A DNA stretch of 32,000 bases from an uncultured Clostridium sp. (GTDB taxonomy: Bacteria > Bacillota > Clostridia > TANB77 > CAG-508), in contig USNR01000001.1 of NCBI GenBank assembly GCA_900556135.1, positions 16,485 to 48,484 on the forward strand, read 5' to 3'. The position numbers and the translations under genes were made by a program. Below the pieces are notes generated by a model. It searched no databases. It saw only the letters and a list, made by a program, of their open reading frames with translations, and was not told the origin of the DNA. This document shows, piece by piece, positions 24,460 to 32,000 of this stretch (the stretch's first letter is position 1; each line of letters starts with the position of its first letter).

Positions 24460-26268
24460 TTATTCCGCCTTTAAAATTATCTTTCCTTCATTTTCCTCTA
24501 CTTTATATAAGGTATCATTTTTCACATTTTCATCCATAAAATCAGATTTTATCACATTACAATCTTCACTTTTAATCCTATAGATAAATACATAATCATA
24601 TTTTCTTACATTGTTTTCAAATTGTTCTATATTTGAAAAAACGCCACTTATCATTTGACTTATTTTTATTGGCATTAATTCATACGCATTCAAAGCCTTT
24701 AAATATTCCATATCTGTATTTGTACCAGCAATATACAAAATCGTATCATCTACATTTAATTTAGTGCTATATCTTTTTATTTTAGTATATACACTTCTAT
24801 TTATGTTAGATACTGCTAAATAATTTTTTCTGTTTATATATTTCTTTTCTATGTTCTCTTGTGGCATTAAAAATATTAATATCGTAAATACTACTATTAC
24901 TTTTTTTATACTCACTTCTTCTTTTAAATCAGCCAAAATTAGTAACTGAAAAACAACGTTTGCTAGTAATATGGTAGAACTGTATCTATCAAAACAGCTC
25001 AAAATATCAGCTTCTAGTGGTTCAAATAATCTTGCATATGTAAAATACATTGATATCATATATATTATGATTGAAATAATCATTGTAATTAGATAGAAAT
25101 TTCCTTTTTTATTGTTTTCCTTCAATCTTTTACTTACAAAGAATCCAGTACATATTATTGTAAGTGTTGTTACAAATACAGTTAAATTTTTATCAGTTAT
25201 GCTCTGGTTTAAAAATATAGCAGTAACAAAACTTTTGGCAACATTGTTGTGATTATCATTACTTTTTTCATATGTTGTACTCTCATTAATATATTGATTA
25301 AAATTCCACCTTTTTACTGTTCCATTTACTTTTATATACCATATTCCAGTTAATGTGGCAACCGCAACAAATACAATCCCTAATGCTATTAGTTCCTTAC
25401 CAATCTTTTTATCTTCTTTTTGTTTGTCAATAATAATTTTCAATAAAATTATTATCATGGCCAGTACTGCCAATGCAATTCCAGAAGTTTTTGTTAGAGA
25501 CATCATTGTAAGCATTGTAAAGATATTAATGTATTTAAAAATAATCTCTTCTTCTTGAAAAGCATAAAATATACATGTTCCAAACATTATTCCTAAAGTT
25601 CCATCAACTAAAATTTCCAAATAAAAATTTTTATAAAAAATCATTGGTACGAATAGTATCATTGGAATAATTAATATTGCATTTTTTAAACTTTTATCCC
25701 ACTTAATATTCTTGGTAACTGGTATTATGATAGATAAGTATAAAATACATTTTGCTGTAATTATTACATCCTCACTATATATGTTCTTCACAGCTAGAAA
25801 TAAAAATTGAAAAATAGCTGTAAATGGCGGATATTCATTAAATGTAACAACTGATTCAGGATTTGTTCCATAAGTGTTATATAAAAACATATTCTTTATT
25901 ATTCTTGCCCAATGATTAAATTCATCATAATCCCCAAAAATTCTTCCCTTGTTAATAACAATAAACATTATTGAAAGTATAATATAAATAACAACTCCAG
26001 GTGTTATTATATTCTTTATTTTTTCTTTTATAGTATTAATTTCTTTTTCCCTACATAGATGAAATAAGAGAACTCCAACTTGCATTACTGCAATTATTTC
26101 AGCAGCAGTTACTCCAAGTTTCAAATTATCAAACATCCCAAATAAATATACAATTATAGCAATTACAACCACACTAATTGGTATAGCCTGCTCTATTCTT
26201 TTTTTTAATATTGAAGATATAGTTATTGAATAAATTAAAATCAAACTAATTGGTACAATATACGTCAT
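24460..26268 (-). CDS. Polytopic membrane protein (about 13 TM) with C-terminal soluble domain, GT-C-like candidate partner of the GT2
   Basis: 602-aa ORF that is very hydrophobic for about 470 aa and ends in a ~130-aa soluble tail. Only 7 nt separate it from the GT2 gene. No specific family motif was recognised. Confidence 0.55.
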   Translation of the reverse strand: MTYIVPISLILIYSITISSILKKRIEQAIPISVVVIAIIVYLFGMFDNLKLGVTAAEIIAVMQVGVLLFHLCREKEINTIKEKIKNIITPGVVIYIILSIMFIVINKGRIFGDYDEFNHWARIIKNMFLYNTYGTNPESVVTFNEYPPFTAIFQFLFLAVKNIYSEDVIITAKCILYLSIIIPVTKNIKWDKSLKNAILIIPMILFVPMIFYKNFYLEILVDGTLGIMFGTCIFYAFQEEEIIFKYINIFTMLTMMSLTKTSGIALAVLAMIIILLKIIIDKQKEDKKIGKELIALGIVFVAVATLTGIWYIKVNGTVKRWNFNQYINESTTYEKSNDNHNNVAKSFVTAIFLNQSITDKNLTVFVTTLTIICTGFFVSKRLKENNKKGNFYLITMIISIIIYMISMYFTYARLFEPLEADILSCFDRYSSTILLANVVFQLLILADLKEEVSIKKVIVVFTILIFLMPQENIEKKYINRKNYLAVSNINRSVYTKIKRYSTKLNVDDTILYIAGTNTDMEYLKALNAYELMPIKISQMISGVFSNIEQFENNVRKYDYVFIYRIKSEDCNVIKSDFMDENVKNDTLYKVEENEGKIILKAE

Positions 26269-26479
26269 TTGTTTCCCTCTTTTTCTTTTTTTATATTCTA
26301 TATCATCTTATACCATTCTGCAACATTTTTCTATATTTTTATTGTTTTAAATTGTAAAGCGTTGCAATGGGAAAAGTTATTATATTATGCTCAAGGATGC
26401 TATTTAGCAAAAAATGCTGAGAGCTTAATCAAAGAAGATTTTTTAACATGAAAACTAAGCTGATTGTATAAATCTGTAA

Positions 26480-26518
26480 ACATCAAAAACCTCGGAAGTG
26501 TTGATACTTCTGAGGTTT
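26480..26518 (-). terminator. Rho-independent terminator after rpsI
   Basis: The minus strand reads AAACCTCAGAAGT-ATCAAC-ACTTCCGAGGTTT followed by TTGATGTTT. Confidence 0.65.
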
Positions 26519-26542
26519 GATATATTTTGTGTAAAAAGCAGA

Positions 26543-26953
26543 TTATCTCTTTGAGAATTGTGGAGCTTTTCTTGCTTTCTTTAAACCATATTTCTTTCTT
26601 TCCTTCATACGAGGATCTCTTGTTAAGAAACCATTTGATTTTAATGTTTGTCTATATTCTTCACGATCAGCTTCATTTAAAGCTCTAGCTATACCATGAC
26701 GAATAGCTCCTGCTTGACCTGAAAAACCTCCACCTTTTACTGTACAGATAACATCATATTTATCTAAAGTATTAGTAGCAGTTAAAGGTTGTCTTACTAT
26801 AACTTTTAATGTTTCTTCTCCAAAATATTCATTTAAGTCTTTTCCATTAACTGTTATATTTCCTTTTCCAGCCATAATTCTAACTCTTGCAACTGAACTT
26901 TTTCTTCTTCCTGTGCCATAAAATACTACTTGTTCTTTTTTTGCTCTAGGCAT
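26543..26953 (-). CDS. rpsI: 30S ribosomal protein S9
   Basis: [14 protein letters not shown]...[19 protein letters not shown]...[26 protein letters not shown]. Confidence 0.95.
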   Translation of the reverse strand: MPRAKKEQVVFYGTGRRKSSVARVRIMAGKGNITVNGKDLNEYFGEETLKVIVRQPLTATNTLDKYDVICTVKGGGFSGQAGAIRHGIARALNEADREEYRQTLKSNGFLTRDPRMKERKKYGLKKARKAPQFSKR

Positions 26954-26970
26954 TTCTTATTCCCTCCTAA

Positions 26971-27405
26971 TTAAAAATTCCAAACTTCTGGTTTTTGAGC
27001 AATATTTTCATGCTCTGCTCCAGCATATACTCTTAATTTTTTAGCCATTTGTCTTCCAAGGCTATTGTGTGGAAGCATTCCTGTTACAGCTAAAGTCATC
27101 ATTTTTTCTGGTTTGTTTGCTAACATATCTTTAGCTGAAGTTTCCTTCATTCCTCCGATATATCCAGAATGATGTCTATAAATTTTTTGATTTAATTTGT
27201 TTCCTGTTAAAACAACTTTTCCACAATTGATTATAATAACATGATCACCATTATCCATATTAGGAGTATAAGTAGGTTTGTGTTTTCCTCTTAAAAGTTT
27301 TGCAGCTTCAGCAGCAACTCTTCCTAATGGTTTGTTTTCGGCATCAATTATATACCATTTTCTTTCAATTTCACTTTTCTTTATGCTATATGTTGTATTA
27401 TTCAT
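26971..27405 (-). CDS. rplM: 50S ribosomal protein L13
   Basis: [53 protein letters not shown] precedes the ATG at 27405, so the track start at 27450 is an artefactual extension. Confidence 0.95.
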   Translation of the reverse strand: MNNTTYSIKKSEIERKWYIIDAENKPLGRVAAEAAKLLRGKHKPTYTPNMDNGDHVIIINCGKVVLTGNKLNQKIYRHHSGYIGGMKETSAKDMLANKPEKMMTLAVTGMLPHNSLGRQMAKKLRVYAGAEHENIAQKPEVWNF

Positions 27406-27596
27406 GGTAAAAATTACCCTCCATTCAATAATTATTTCTATATGAAACATACAATAAATGACTACCGGGGAGAAGCCTTTATTTATGTAACATTCAATTT
27501 GCTATACTATTTTATTACAAAAAAAGGAAAATGTCAACACTAACGCAACAATTTTATTAATAACGTGTGTCAATTTTTATATTCCTATTTTATTTC

Positions 27597-27635
27597 ATAA
27601 GAAAATCCCAGACAAAATATTATTCTTGTCTGGGA
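27597..27635 (-). terminator. Rho-independent terminator after the 27644-27988 ORF
   Basis: The minus strand reads TCCCAGACAA-GAATAATATT-TTGTCTGGGA followed by TTTTCTTATG (perfect 10-bp stem). Confidence 0.7.
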
Positions 27636-27643
27636 TAATAGAT

Positions 27644-27988
27644 TTAATCGTCTCTTAAAATTATAAGATACTTTGCTACTCTGCATGATACATTGTGGTC
27701 CTCTAATATTTTACGATTTTTCTCAGTTAAGCTCATCGTCAAATACGTCCTCTTGTCCGCAGCATAATGCAAGACTTTCAAGATGTGATATTTCTCACGC
27801 AACTCACGCGACTGGAACCGTTTTGTTTTCACAATGTACAGATACGGAAGTGCCTCATAGCCAAGAACTTCTGTAATGTACTCAAATTGTCTGCGGTTCA
27901 ATTTCCACTTTACATTCCGCTGTCCGTTGTTTTTTCTTTTCTCTAGCTGGTACTTAAGAGCCCTTAGATCATGTTGCTTATTTTTCAT
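27644..27988 (-). CDS. Hypothetical basic 114-aa protein in a GC-anomalous island
   Basis: Uninterrupted ORF with AGGAGG 7 nt before the ATG and its own terminator. Hand counts give about 40-42% GC against about 27-30% in the neighbours. No family recognised. Confidence 0.6.
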   Translation of the reverse strand: MKNKQHDLRALKYQLEKRKNNGQRNVKWKLNRRQFEYITEVLGYEALPYLYIVKTKRFQSRELREKYHILKVLHYAADKRTYLTMSLTEKNRKILEDHNVSCRVAKYLIILRDD

Positions 27989-28104
27989 AAGCTCGCCTCC
28001 TATTAAATCTATTGACTTAAAACGCTATGTTATAATTTTACACTATTTCTAGCAAATTAGCAAGTTTTTTGTCGAAAAACGTCGTAGTTATAGCATTTTC
28101 ATAA

Positions 28105-28956
28105 CTATTTTTTGTAATTAATGTTCATAGTAGTATTTGTATAATAAGTACTATTCCACTCTTCATTCCAACCGTCTGGTTTCTTCCCTGCCATAAACGG
28201 TACATTTATAGTAATGTCTACTGAACTACCAAATGCATAAGCTCCTACTGTAACTACCTTATCTGGTATCGTTATCAATGTCAGACTACTTCCACTAAAA
28301 GCATAAGAGCCTATTTTCTCTAATTCATCTGGTATATCTATATTAGTTAAGCTAGTATTTTCATAGAAAGCTGAGCTTCCTATAGTTTTTAATGTACTGC
28401 TAAGATATACGTTTTTTACAGCCCTACATCCAGCAAAAGAATAGTCTCCAACTTCTTCTATACCGTCTGAAATAGTTATTTTTGTAACAGTTTTATTACC
28501 ACTGAACCAACTTGCGCTTCCTCCTATGTGAACTGTTTCTCCATTATGTGGCAATATATTTTTACCTTCTATTCTTTTTACTGCTACTCCATTTATATAA
28601 TTTGGAATAACAATTTCTGTTTCGGTACCTTTATATTGCGTTATTACTAACTCCCCATTATCTTCTGTTTCACAGGCCCAATCACTTGGATTTTCAGGCT
28701 CCACAACCTCTATTGTTTTTCCGTGACTCTCTATCCAATCATTTGCTTCTTTCATACCATTTTGTTCATTTACTTTTGCTTGTCCATATTTTTCTCTACT
28801 CTCTTCAGCTTTTGCTACTATTCCATTATTTTGTAAAATTAAATTAATACTCACCCCTGCCAATATCATTAAAATAACTATTGTAACCACAAGAGCCACT
28901 AAAGTTATACCTTTTTCCTTCCTTACTTTCTTAAAAATTTTGCATTTGTATTCCAT
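28105..28956 (-). CDS. Pilin-like N-terminal helix + BspA-type leucine-rich-repeat surface protein
   Basis: The N-terminus is MEYKCKIFKKVRKEKGITLVALVVTIVILMILAGVSINL. The C-terminal part has repeats of the LRR_5/BspA type (I.IPNYINGVAVKRIEG, ITISDGIEEVGDYSFAGC, VYLSSTLKTIGSSAFYEN, IDIPDELEKIGSYAFSGS, ITIPDKVVTVGAYAFG). Confidence 0.8.
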   Translation of the reverse strand: MEYKCKIFKKVRKEKGITLVALVVTIVILMILAGVSINLILQNNGIVAKAEESREKYGQAKVNEQNGMKEANDWIESHGKTIEVVEPENPSDWACETEDNGELVITQYKGTETEIVIPNYINGVAVKRIEGKNILPHNGETVHIGGSASWFSGNKTVTKITISDGIEEVGDYSFAGCRAVKNVYLSSTLKTIGSSAFYENTSLTNIDIPDELEKIGSYAFSGSSLTLITIPDKVVTVGAYAFGSSVDITINVPFMAGKKPDGWNEEWNSTYYTNTTMNINYKK

Positions 28957-29045
28957 AATATTTTTTCTCCTTAAAAATTTTTTCCTTTTGTAAAATACTT
29001 ATTTTTACTAATACTTTCGAAGCTCTGCGTTAGTATAAGCTCAAC

Positions 29046-29189
29046 CTAGCGCATTGACTAATAAATATGAGACACAATTAGGGATTGAAATTTTCTCTTA
29101 ACTATGAGCTCACGTCTTTATCATTAGTTGCAGAAGGTAAATTTCTTTTCCTAATTTGGATCATTTTATTAGCCAAAAGAGCGGATGTC
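29046..29189 (-). repeat. Long-hairpin element, copy C4 (core 29079-29153), part of the 5' leader of the LRR pilin-like gene
   Basis: The minus strand reads GACATCCGCTCTTTTGGCTAATAAAATGATCCAAATTAGGAAAAGAAATTTACCTTCTGCAACTAATGATAAAGACGTGAGCTCATAGTTAAGAGAAAATTTCAATCCCTAATTGTGTCTCATATTTATTAGTCAATGCGCTAG. It aligns along its whole length with 17400-17546. Confidence 0.8.
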
Positions 29190-29282
29190 CTTCGCATTAT
29201 TTCATCACTAAATGTTCAAGTTCTAACGTTTCCAAGCATTCTTTTATTTGGTATTAAGTATATAACTTAAGGATTTATTGAA

Positions 29283-29311
29283 AGTATACCAATAATCTAC
29301 TGAAAAATCAA
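29283..29311 (-). promoter_or_regulatory. Sigma-A type promoter of the LRR pilin-like gene leader
   Basis: The minus strand reads TTGATT-N17-TATACT with TGG immediately upstream of the -10. Hexamers and spacing are the same as at 17061-17089, within a homologous block of about 285 bp. Confidence 0.6.
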
Positions 29312-29350
29312 TATTTAATAATAAAAAGTTTTTATTTTGAAAGTCGACTT

Positions 29351-30100
29351 TTACTCTACTACCCTTATTGCATCTGTGCTGTCTGTTGTATTCAAATTGT
29401 AATATGAGTTTGGAACATTTCCAACTATTATTGATTCGGCTATTAAGACTTGATTTACTATATTAGTTTTTATTGTATCATACGGCGTTAATATTGTAAC
29501 TTCCGCATTTATCTCCAAATATATTCTATGTAAAGTTTGATTAATACCTTGCGCTGAAAATTCTGATTTTAGAGTAGTCGCTACATTTCCAGTATTTGCA
29601 ATTTTCGCTTTTATTTTAGGTCCTGCTCCCGAAAAAATTTTCATTCCCAATGCACTTCCCAAATATATATTTATTTTACTATTTGAATCTTTTTCAAAGG
29701 CCTCCACTATCTTTACCGGAATATCTGAAGATATGCTATTAATCGTATTTACATTTGCTTGCAACATAACCACATTTTCTTCCTCATCTTTTACTACTGT
29801 AATAAAATCCTCATACTGATACTTATCCATAACAACTGTAGCTTGTTCATTTGCAATTTTTGTCGCTATGTTTTTAGCTTCATCCAAACACAACTCATCA
29901 ATTATTGGATTTATCGACCTTATAATAAAAGCGGCAGTAATTGCCGCAATTATCATTATTATAACTATCTTATTAAAATTTTTATTTTTTATGGGTGTTT
30001 TCTTATTTCTGTTAAAATTCCCGCCTATCAAGTATCTTTCTATATTTACTCGTGGTCTAGAATAAATTTTTGTTTCTTTTTCTTTAACCTTCATATCCAC
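29351..30100 (-). CDS. yunB: Sporulation protein YunB
   Basis: 249 aa with a basic N-terminus, one TM helix (IVIIMIIAAITAAFII) and YunB-like blocks (INPIIDELCLDEAKNIATKIAN, GAGPKIKAKI, GINQTLHRIYLEINAEVTILTP, VGNVPNSYYN). Confidence 0.8.
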   Translation of the reverse strand: MDMKVKEKETKIYSRPRVNIERYLIGGNFNRNKKTPIKNKNFNKIVIIMIIAAITAAFIIRSINPIIDELCLDEAKNIATKIANEQATVVMDKYQYEDFITVVKDEEENVVMLQANVNTINSISSDIPVKIVEAFEKDSNSKINIYLGSALGMKIFSGAGPKIKAKIANTGNVATTLKSEFSAQGINQTLHRIYLEINAEVTILTPYDTIKTNIVNQVLIAESIIVGNVPNSYYNLNTTDSTDAIRVVE

Positions 30101-30102
30101 CT

Positions 30103-31626
30103 CTATCTAGGAATAAACAATTGCTCCCCAGCCATTATTAAATCTGGATTTTCTATTTTGTTAATTTTAACAATATCATCTATAGTACTTCCAAACCTTT
30201 TTGCAATATTCCACAAAGTATCCCCTGTTTTAGTATAATAAATTACTATGCTATACTTCTCTCTATCTCTGTTTTCAACTCTATCTACTTCATCAATTAT
30301 ATTTATATCTTCCATGTTGGAAATATTCAATTCAAATTCTAAATCAACCTTTATATCTATACTCTCGTCTGGCATTACTATAAAATCTTGCATATTTACG
30401 CTTATATTTGTTTCTATTTTTGTTCTTGTACTTACCTTATCATCAGCTATATTAAAACTGAATGGTTCAACTAATGTTTTGCTGTTTATTCTACCATTTT
30501 CTGACGTTTCATATAAGAAAGTTAAATTCATCTCTCCTTCATAAGATACTCTTCCCATCACAACCTGACTATTTATTATTACTGGTCTTACTTCTACATC
30601 TACGATTTTATTCTTTCCAATCTCTGGTATTGCCTCTTGTTTTCTTATATTACACACTTGTTTTATTGTTCTTTTATCTTGCATTATTCTTATATTTTTT
30701 TGTTTGTATTCTAAATTACAACTAGGGCTATACAAATCTTGAATTATATCTATTTGTCTATTTTCATATACAAAACAAGCTATCTCAATTTCAGCTTCTA
30801 CATATATTGAATGTTCTTCTATTGAATTAGGTTTTATCGAGATATTTTTTAACTCGTAATTCACTTCACACAGATTATCTTCATTTACATTTTGTATATC
30901 TATAAATCCCATCACAGGTATTTTTGCTGTTACAGTGTTTATTCTATTATCTTCTGTCATATATACTATTCTAATATTTGCATCAGCTTTTGCTAGTACT
31001 TTATTGTAACTAACTTTTGTTTCTTTGTTTGTTATTTGAATCTTTGTTTTTATTATTTCTGATAAATTATCAGCTCCATCTATTTGTATTGTATCTTTTG
31101 CATATACCTTCGTATTTCCTCTTCCTAATAACGAATTTATATTATATGTTTTATTTAACTTTTGAATATCCATTACATCTTCAACGTCTTTCATAATTTC
31201 AATATTTTCATTTGAATAAACACATGCTTTTAATTTTATATTAGCCTGCAGGCTTATCTTTCTTCCATTTAATATTTTACTTTCAATTGACTTAATTTCG
31301 CAACAAGTTTCTAACTGCATATCTGGCTTTATTCCTTCTATGTCTATTGTTTTAGAAAAGTCTAAACTAGAATTTATACATCTAACACTTGCTATTTCAT
31401 CATCAGCAACATAGATAGTATATATATACACACTTCCATCAAATCTAACTTTTCCATCTTGTATTTCTTTCTTATATATACATATAGTTCCATTTGAAGA
31501 TATAATATTTAATACATCTGGTTTTATATCTGGAACAATTTCATCTCCTTCTATTAAAAAATTTTCTTCCTTTTGTCCTACAATTTGATTTATACATATA
31601 TTTTCTTTAGACATTTTTATACTCAT
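30103..31626 (-). CDS. sipL: DUF3794/SPOCS-domain protein with C-terminal LysM domain (SipL-like spore morphogenetic protein)
   Basis: 507 aa. It has N-terminal DUF3794-type repeats (VPDIKPDVLNIISSNGTICIYKKEIQDGKVRFDGSVYIYTIY) and a C-terminal LysM (YYTKTGDTLWNIAKRFGSTIDDIVKINKIENPDLIMAGEQLFIP). This architecture matches clostridial SipL as I recall it. Confidence 0.65.
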   Translation of the reverse strand: MSIKMSKENICINQIVGQKEENFLIEGDEIVPDIKPDVLNIISSNGTICIYKKEIQDGKVRFDGSVYIYTIYVADDEIASVRCINSSLDFSKTIDIEGIKPDMQLETCCEIKSIESKILNGRKISLQANIKLKACVYSNENIEIMKDVEDVMDIQKLNKTYNINSLLGRGNTKVYAKDTIQIDGADNLSEIIKTKIQITNKETKVSYNKVLAKADANIRIVYMTEDNRINTVTAKIPVMGFIDIQNVNEDNLCEVNYELKNISIKPNSIEEHSIYVEAEIEIACFVYENRQIDIIQDLYSPSCNLEYKQKNIRIMQDKRTIKQVCNIRKQEAIPEIGKNKIVDVEVRPVIINSQVVMGRVSYEGEMNLTFLYETSENGRINSKTLVEPFSFNIADDKVSTRTKIETNISVNMQDFIVMPDESIDIKVDLEFELNISNMEDINIIDEVDRVENRDREKYSIVIYYTKTGDTLWNIAKRFGSTIDDIVKINKIENPDLIMAGEQLFIPR

Positions 31627-31731
31627 AATATATTCATCCTTTCCTTTTCTTAATTTATGTTTGACTGTGCAAAAACTTCACACTAATCTCACCTCATAAT
31701 AATTATCATATTTCATATATATTACAAGCAT

Positions 31732-31763
31732 AAAAAAAAATTCCTTTTTTTAGGAATTTTTTT
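31732..31763 (-). terminator. A/T-flanked hairpin (bidirectional terminator-like) after the partial upstream gene
   Basis: AAAAAAAAATTCCT-TTTTTT-AGGAATTTTTTT. Confidence 0.5.
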
Positions 31764-31774
31764 AATAATATACT

Positions 31775-32000
31775 TTATCCTATATCATAATCTTTTCTTT
31801 TTTTCTTTTGTGTTTCTTCTGGTGGTAATAATGGGCTGTATGTTTCCCCATTAAATACCTGCAGTTCCACTGTTCTTGTTAAGATATCTGTATAACTATA
31901 TGTTACATTTCTTTCGTTTTCATCGTATTTTACTATAAAAATACTTGGATACGCTTTCTCTAACACTGCCTCTTTCTCAAAAGGTTTGTTTCTTCCTAAA
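31775..32000 (-). CDS. C-terminal end of an unidentified protein (ORF open to the window edge)
   Basis: The reading frame stays open upstream of the GTG at 31966 (...LGRNKPFEKEAVLEKAYPSIFIVKYDENERNVTYSY...), so the track's 63-aa ORF is probably the tail of a larger gene. Confidence 0.45.
   Translation of the reverse strand, partial: LGRNKPFEKEAVLEKAYPSIFIVKYDENERNVTYSYTDILTRTVELQVFNGETYSPLLPPEETQKKKRKDYDIG

Noticed and set aside
27406-27500. Ribosomal protein L13 leader upstream of rplM
   Set aside because: Only one plausible hairpin is visible (ACATAAAT...ATTTATTGT around a GC-containing loop). I cannot recall the L13-leader consensus well enough to call it.
28070-28076. Exact Spo0A-box heptamer TGTCGAA between the LRR gene and the GC-island ORF
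   Set aside because: A single 7-mer is expected by chance a few times in 64 kb of two-strand sequence. The context is not sporulation-related.
2414-29189. Whether the four repeated elements form a CRISPR array
   Set aside because: The copies are kilobases apart and in mixed orientation. They are ~145-nt imperfect palindromes, not 25-40-nt direct repeats with regular spacers. No cas genes are present.
29085-29270. 61-aa plus-strand ORF inside the 29-kb leader
   Set aside because: It overlaps the conserved hairpin and leader. The homologous 16.9-kb region does not keep the frame open, and there is no RBS.
1-32000. A complete DGR (template repeat, reverse transcriptase, Avd) to go with the FGE-domain C-terminus
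   Set aside because: No RT-like ORF appears on either strand, and I could find no second copy of 4654-4790 in the window. The DGR idea is kept only as a hypothesis to test genome-wide.
1-32000. tRNA, rRNA, tmRNA, RNase P or SRP RNA genes
   Set aside because: No stretch shows the hallmark conserved sequences, such as a GGTTCGAATCC-type T-arm or the RNase P GAGGAAAGTCC. The only GC-enriched patches are explained by coding sequence or short hairpins.

Overview
Low-GC chromosome segment (hand counts of about 27-30% GC in most genes) from an endospore-forming Firmicute, Clostridia-like. All of the roughly 37 credible genes lie on the minus strand, and the long plus-strand ORFs in the track are antisense shadows. 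Reading the minus strand from high to low coordinates: a partial unknown CDS, a SipL-like DUF3794/LysM spore protein, yunB, a pilin-like LRR surface protein, a GC-anomalous small ORF, rplM-rpsI and a GT2 plus polytopic membrane protein pair. Next come spoIIAA-spoIIAB-sigF-spoIID-M23 peptidase, two small coiled-coil ORFs, an MFS transporter, a tiny pilin-like protein, mgtA, rsmE and a Lys-rich membrane-anchored protein. The last block is remA-rpoZ-NMP kinase-priA-def-fmt, a pilin-like Fn3/FGE-sulfatase-domain protein, asp23-amaP-DUF2273, nusB, xseA-xseB, a PAP2-like protein and the 5' end of fhs. The most unusual content is non-coding. A long-hairpin element with a conserved core of about 75-77 nt occurs four times (2414-2555, 16827-16970, 17400-17546, 29046-29189). 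Each copy has its own outer stem that still base-pairs. Two copies sit inside homologous leaders of about 280-330 nt, driven by an identical TTGATT-N17-TATACT promoter, in front of two of the three paralogous pilin-like genes. A third copy is an orphan leader arranged back-to-back with one of them, forming an imperfect palindrome of about 820 bp. The three pilin-like proteins share a G|ITLVALV N-terminal helix that lacks Glu at +5. They carry different C-terminal modules: an FGE/C-type-lectin-like fold, a BspA-type LRR, and a mini-version. No pilus machinery, recombinase, reverse transcriptase, CRISPR array, tRNA or rRNA is visible in the window. Other points are an apparent 1-nt frameshift at the 3' end of spoIID, a single-gene GC island of about 41% GC, and an extended SpoIIAB C-terminus. 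The remA-rpoZ-priA-def-fmt block is also rearranged. All calls rest on reading the sequence and on remembered family motifs; no database search was possible.
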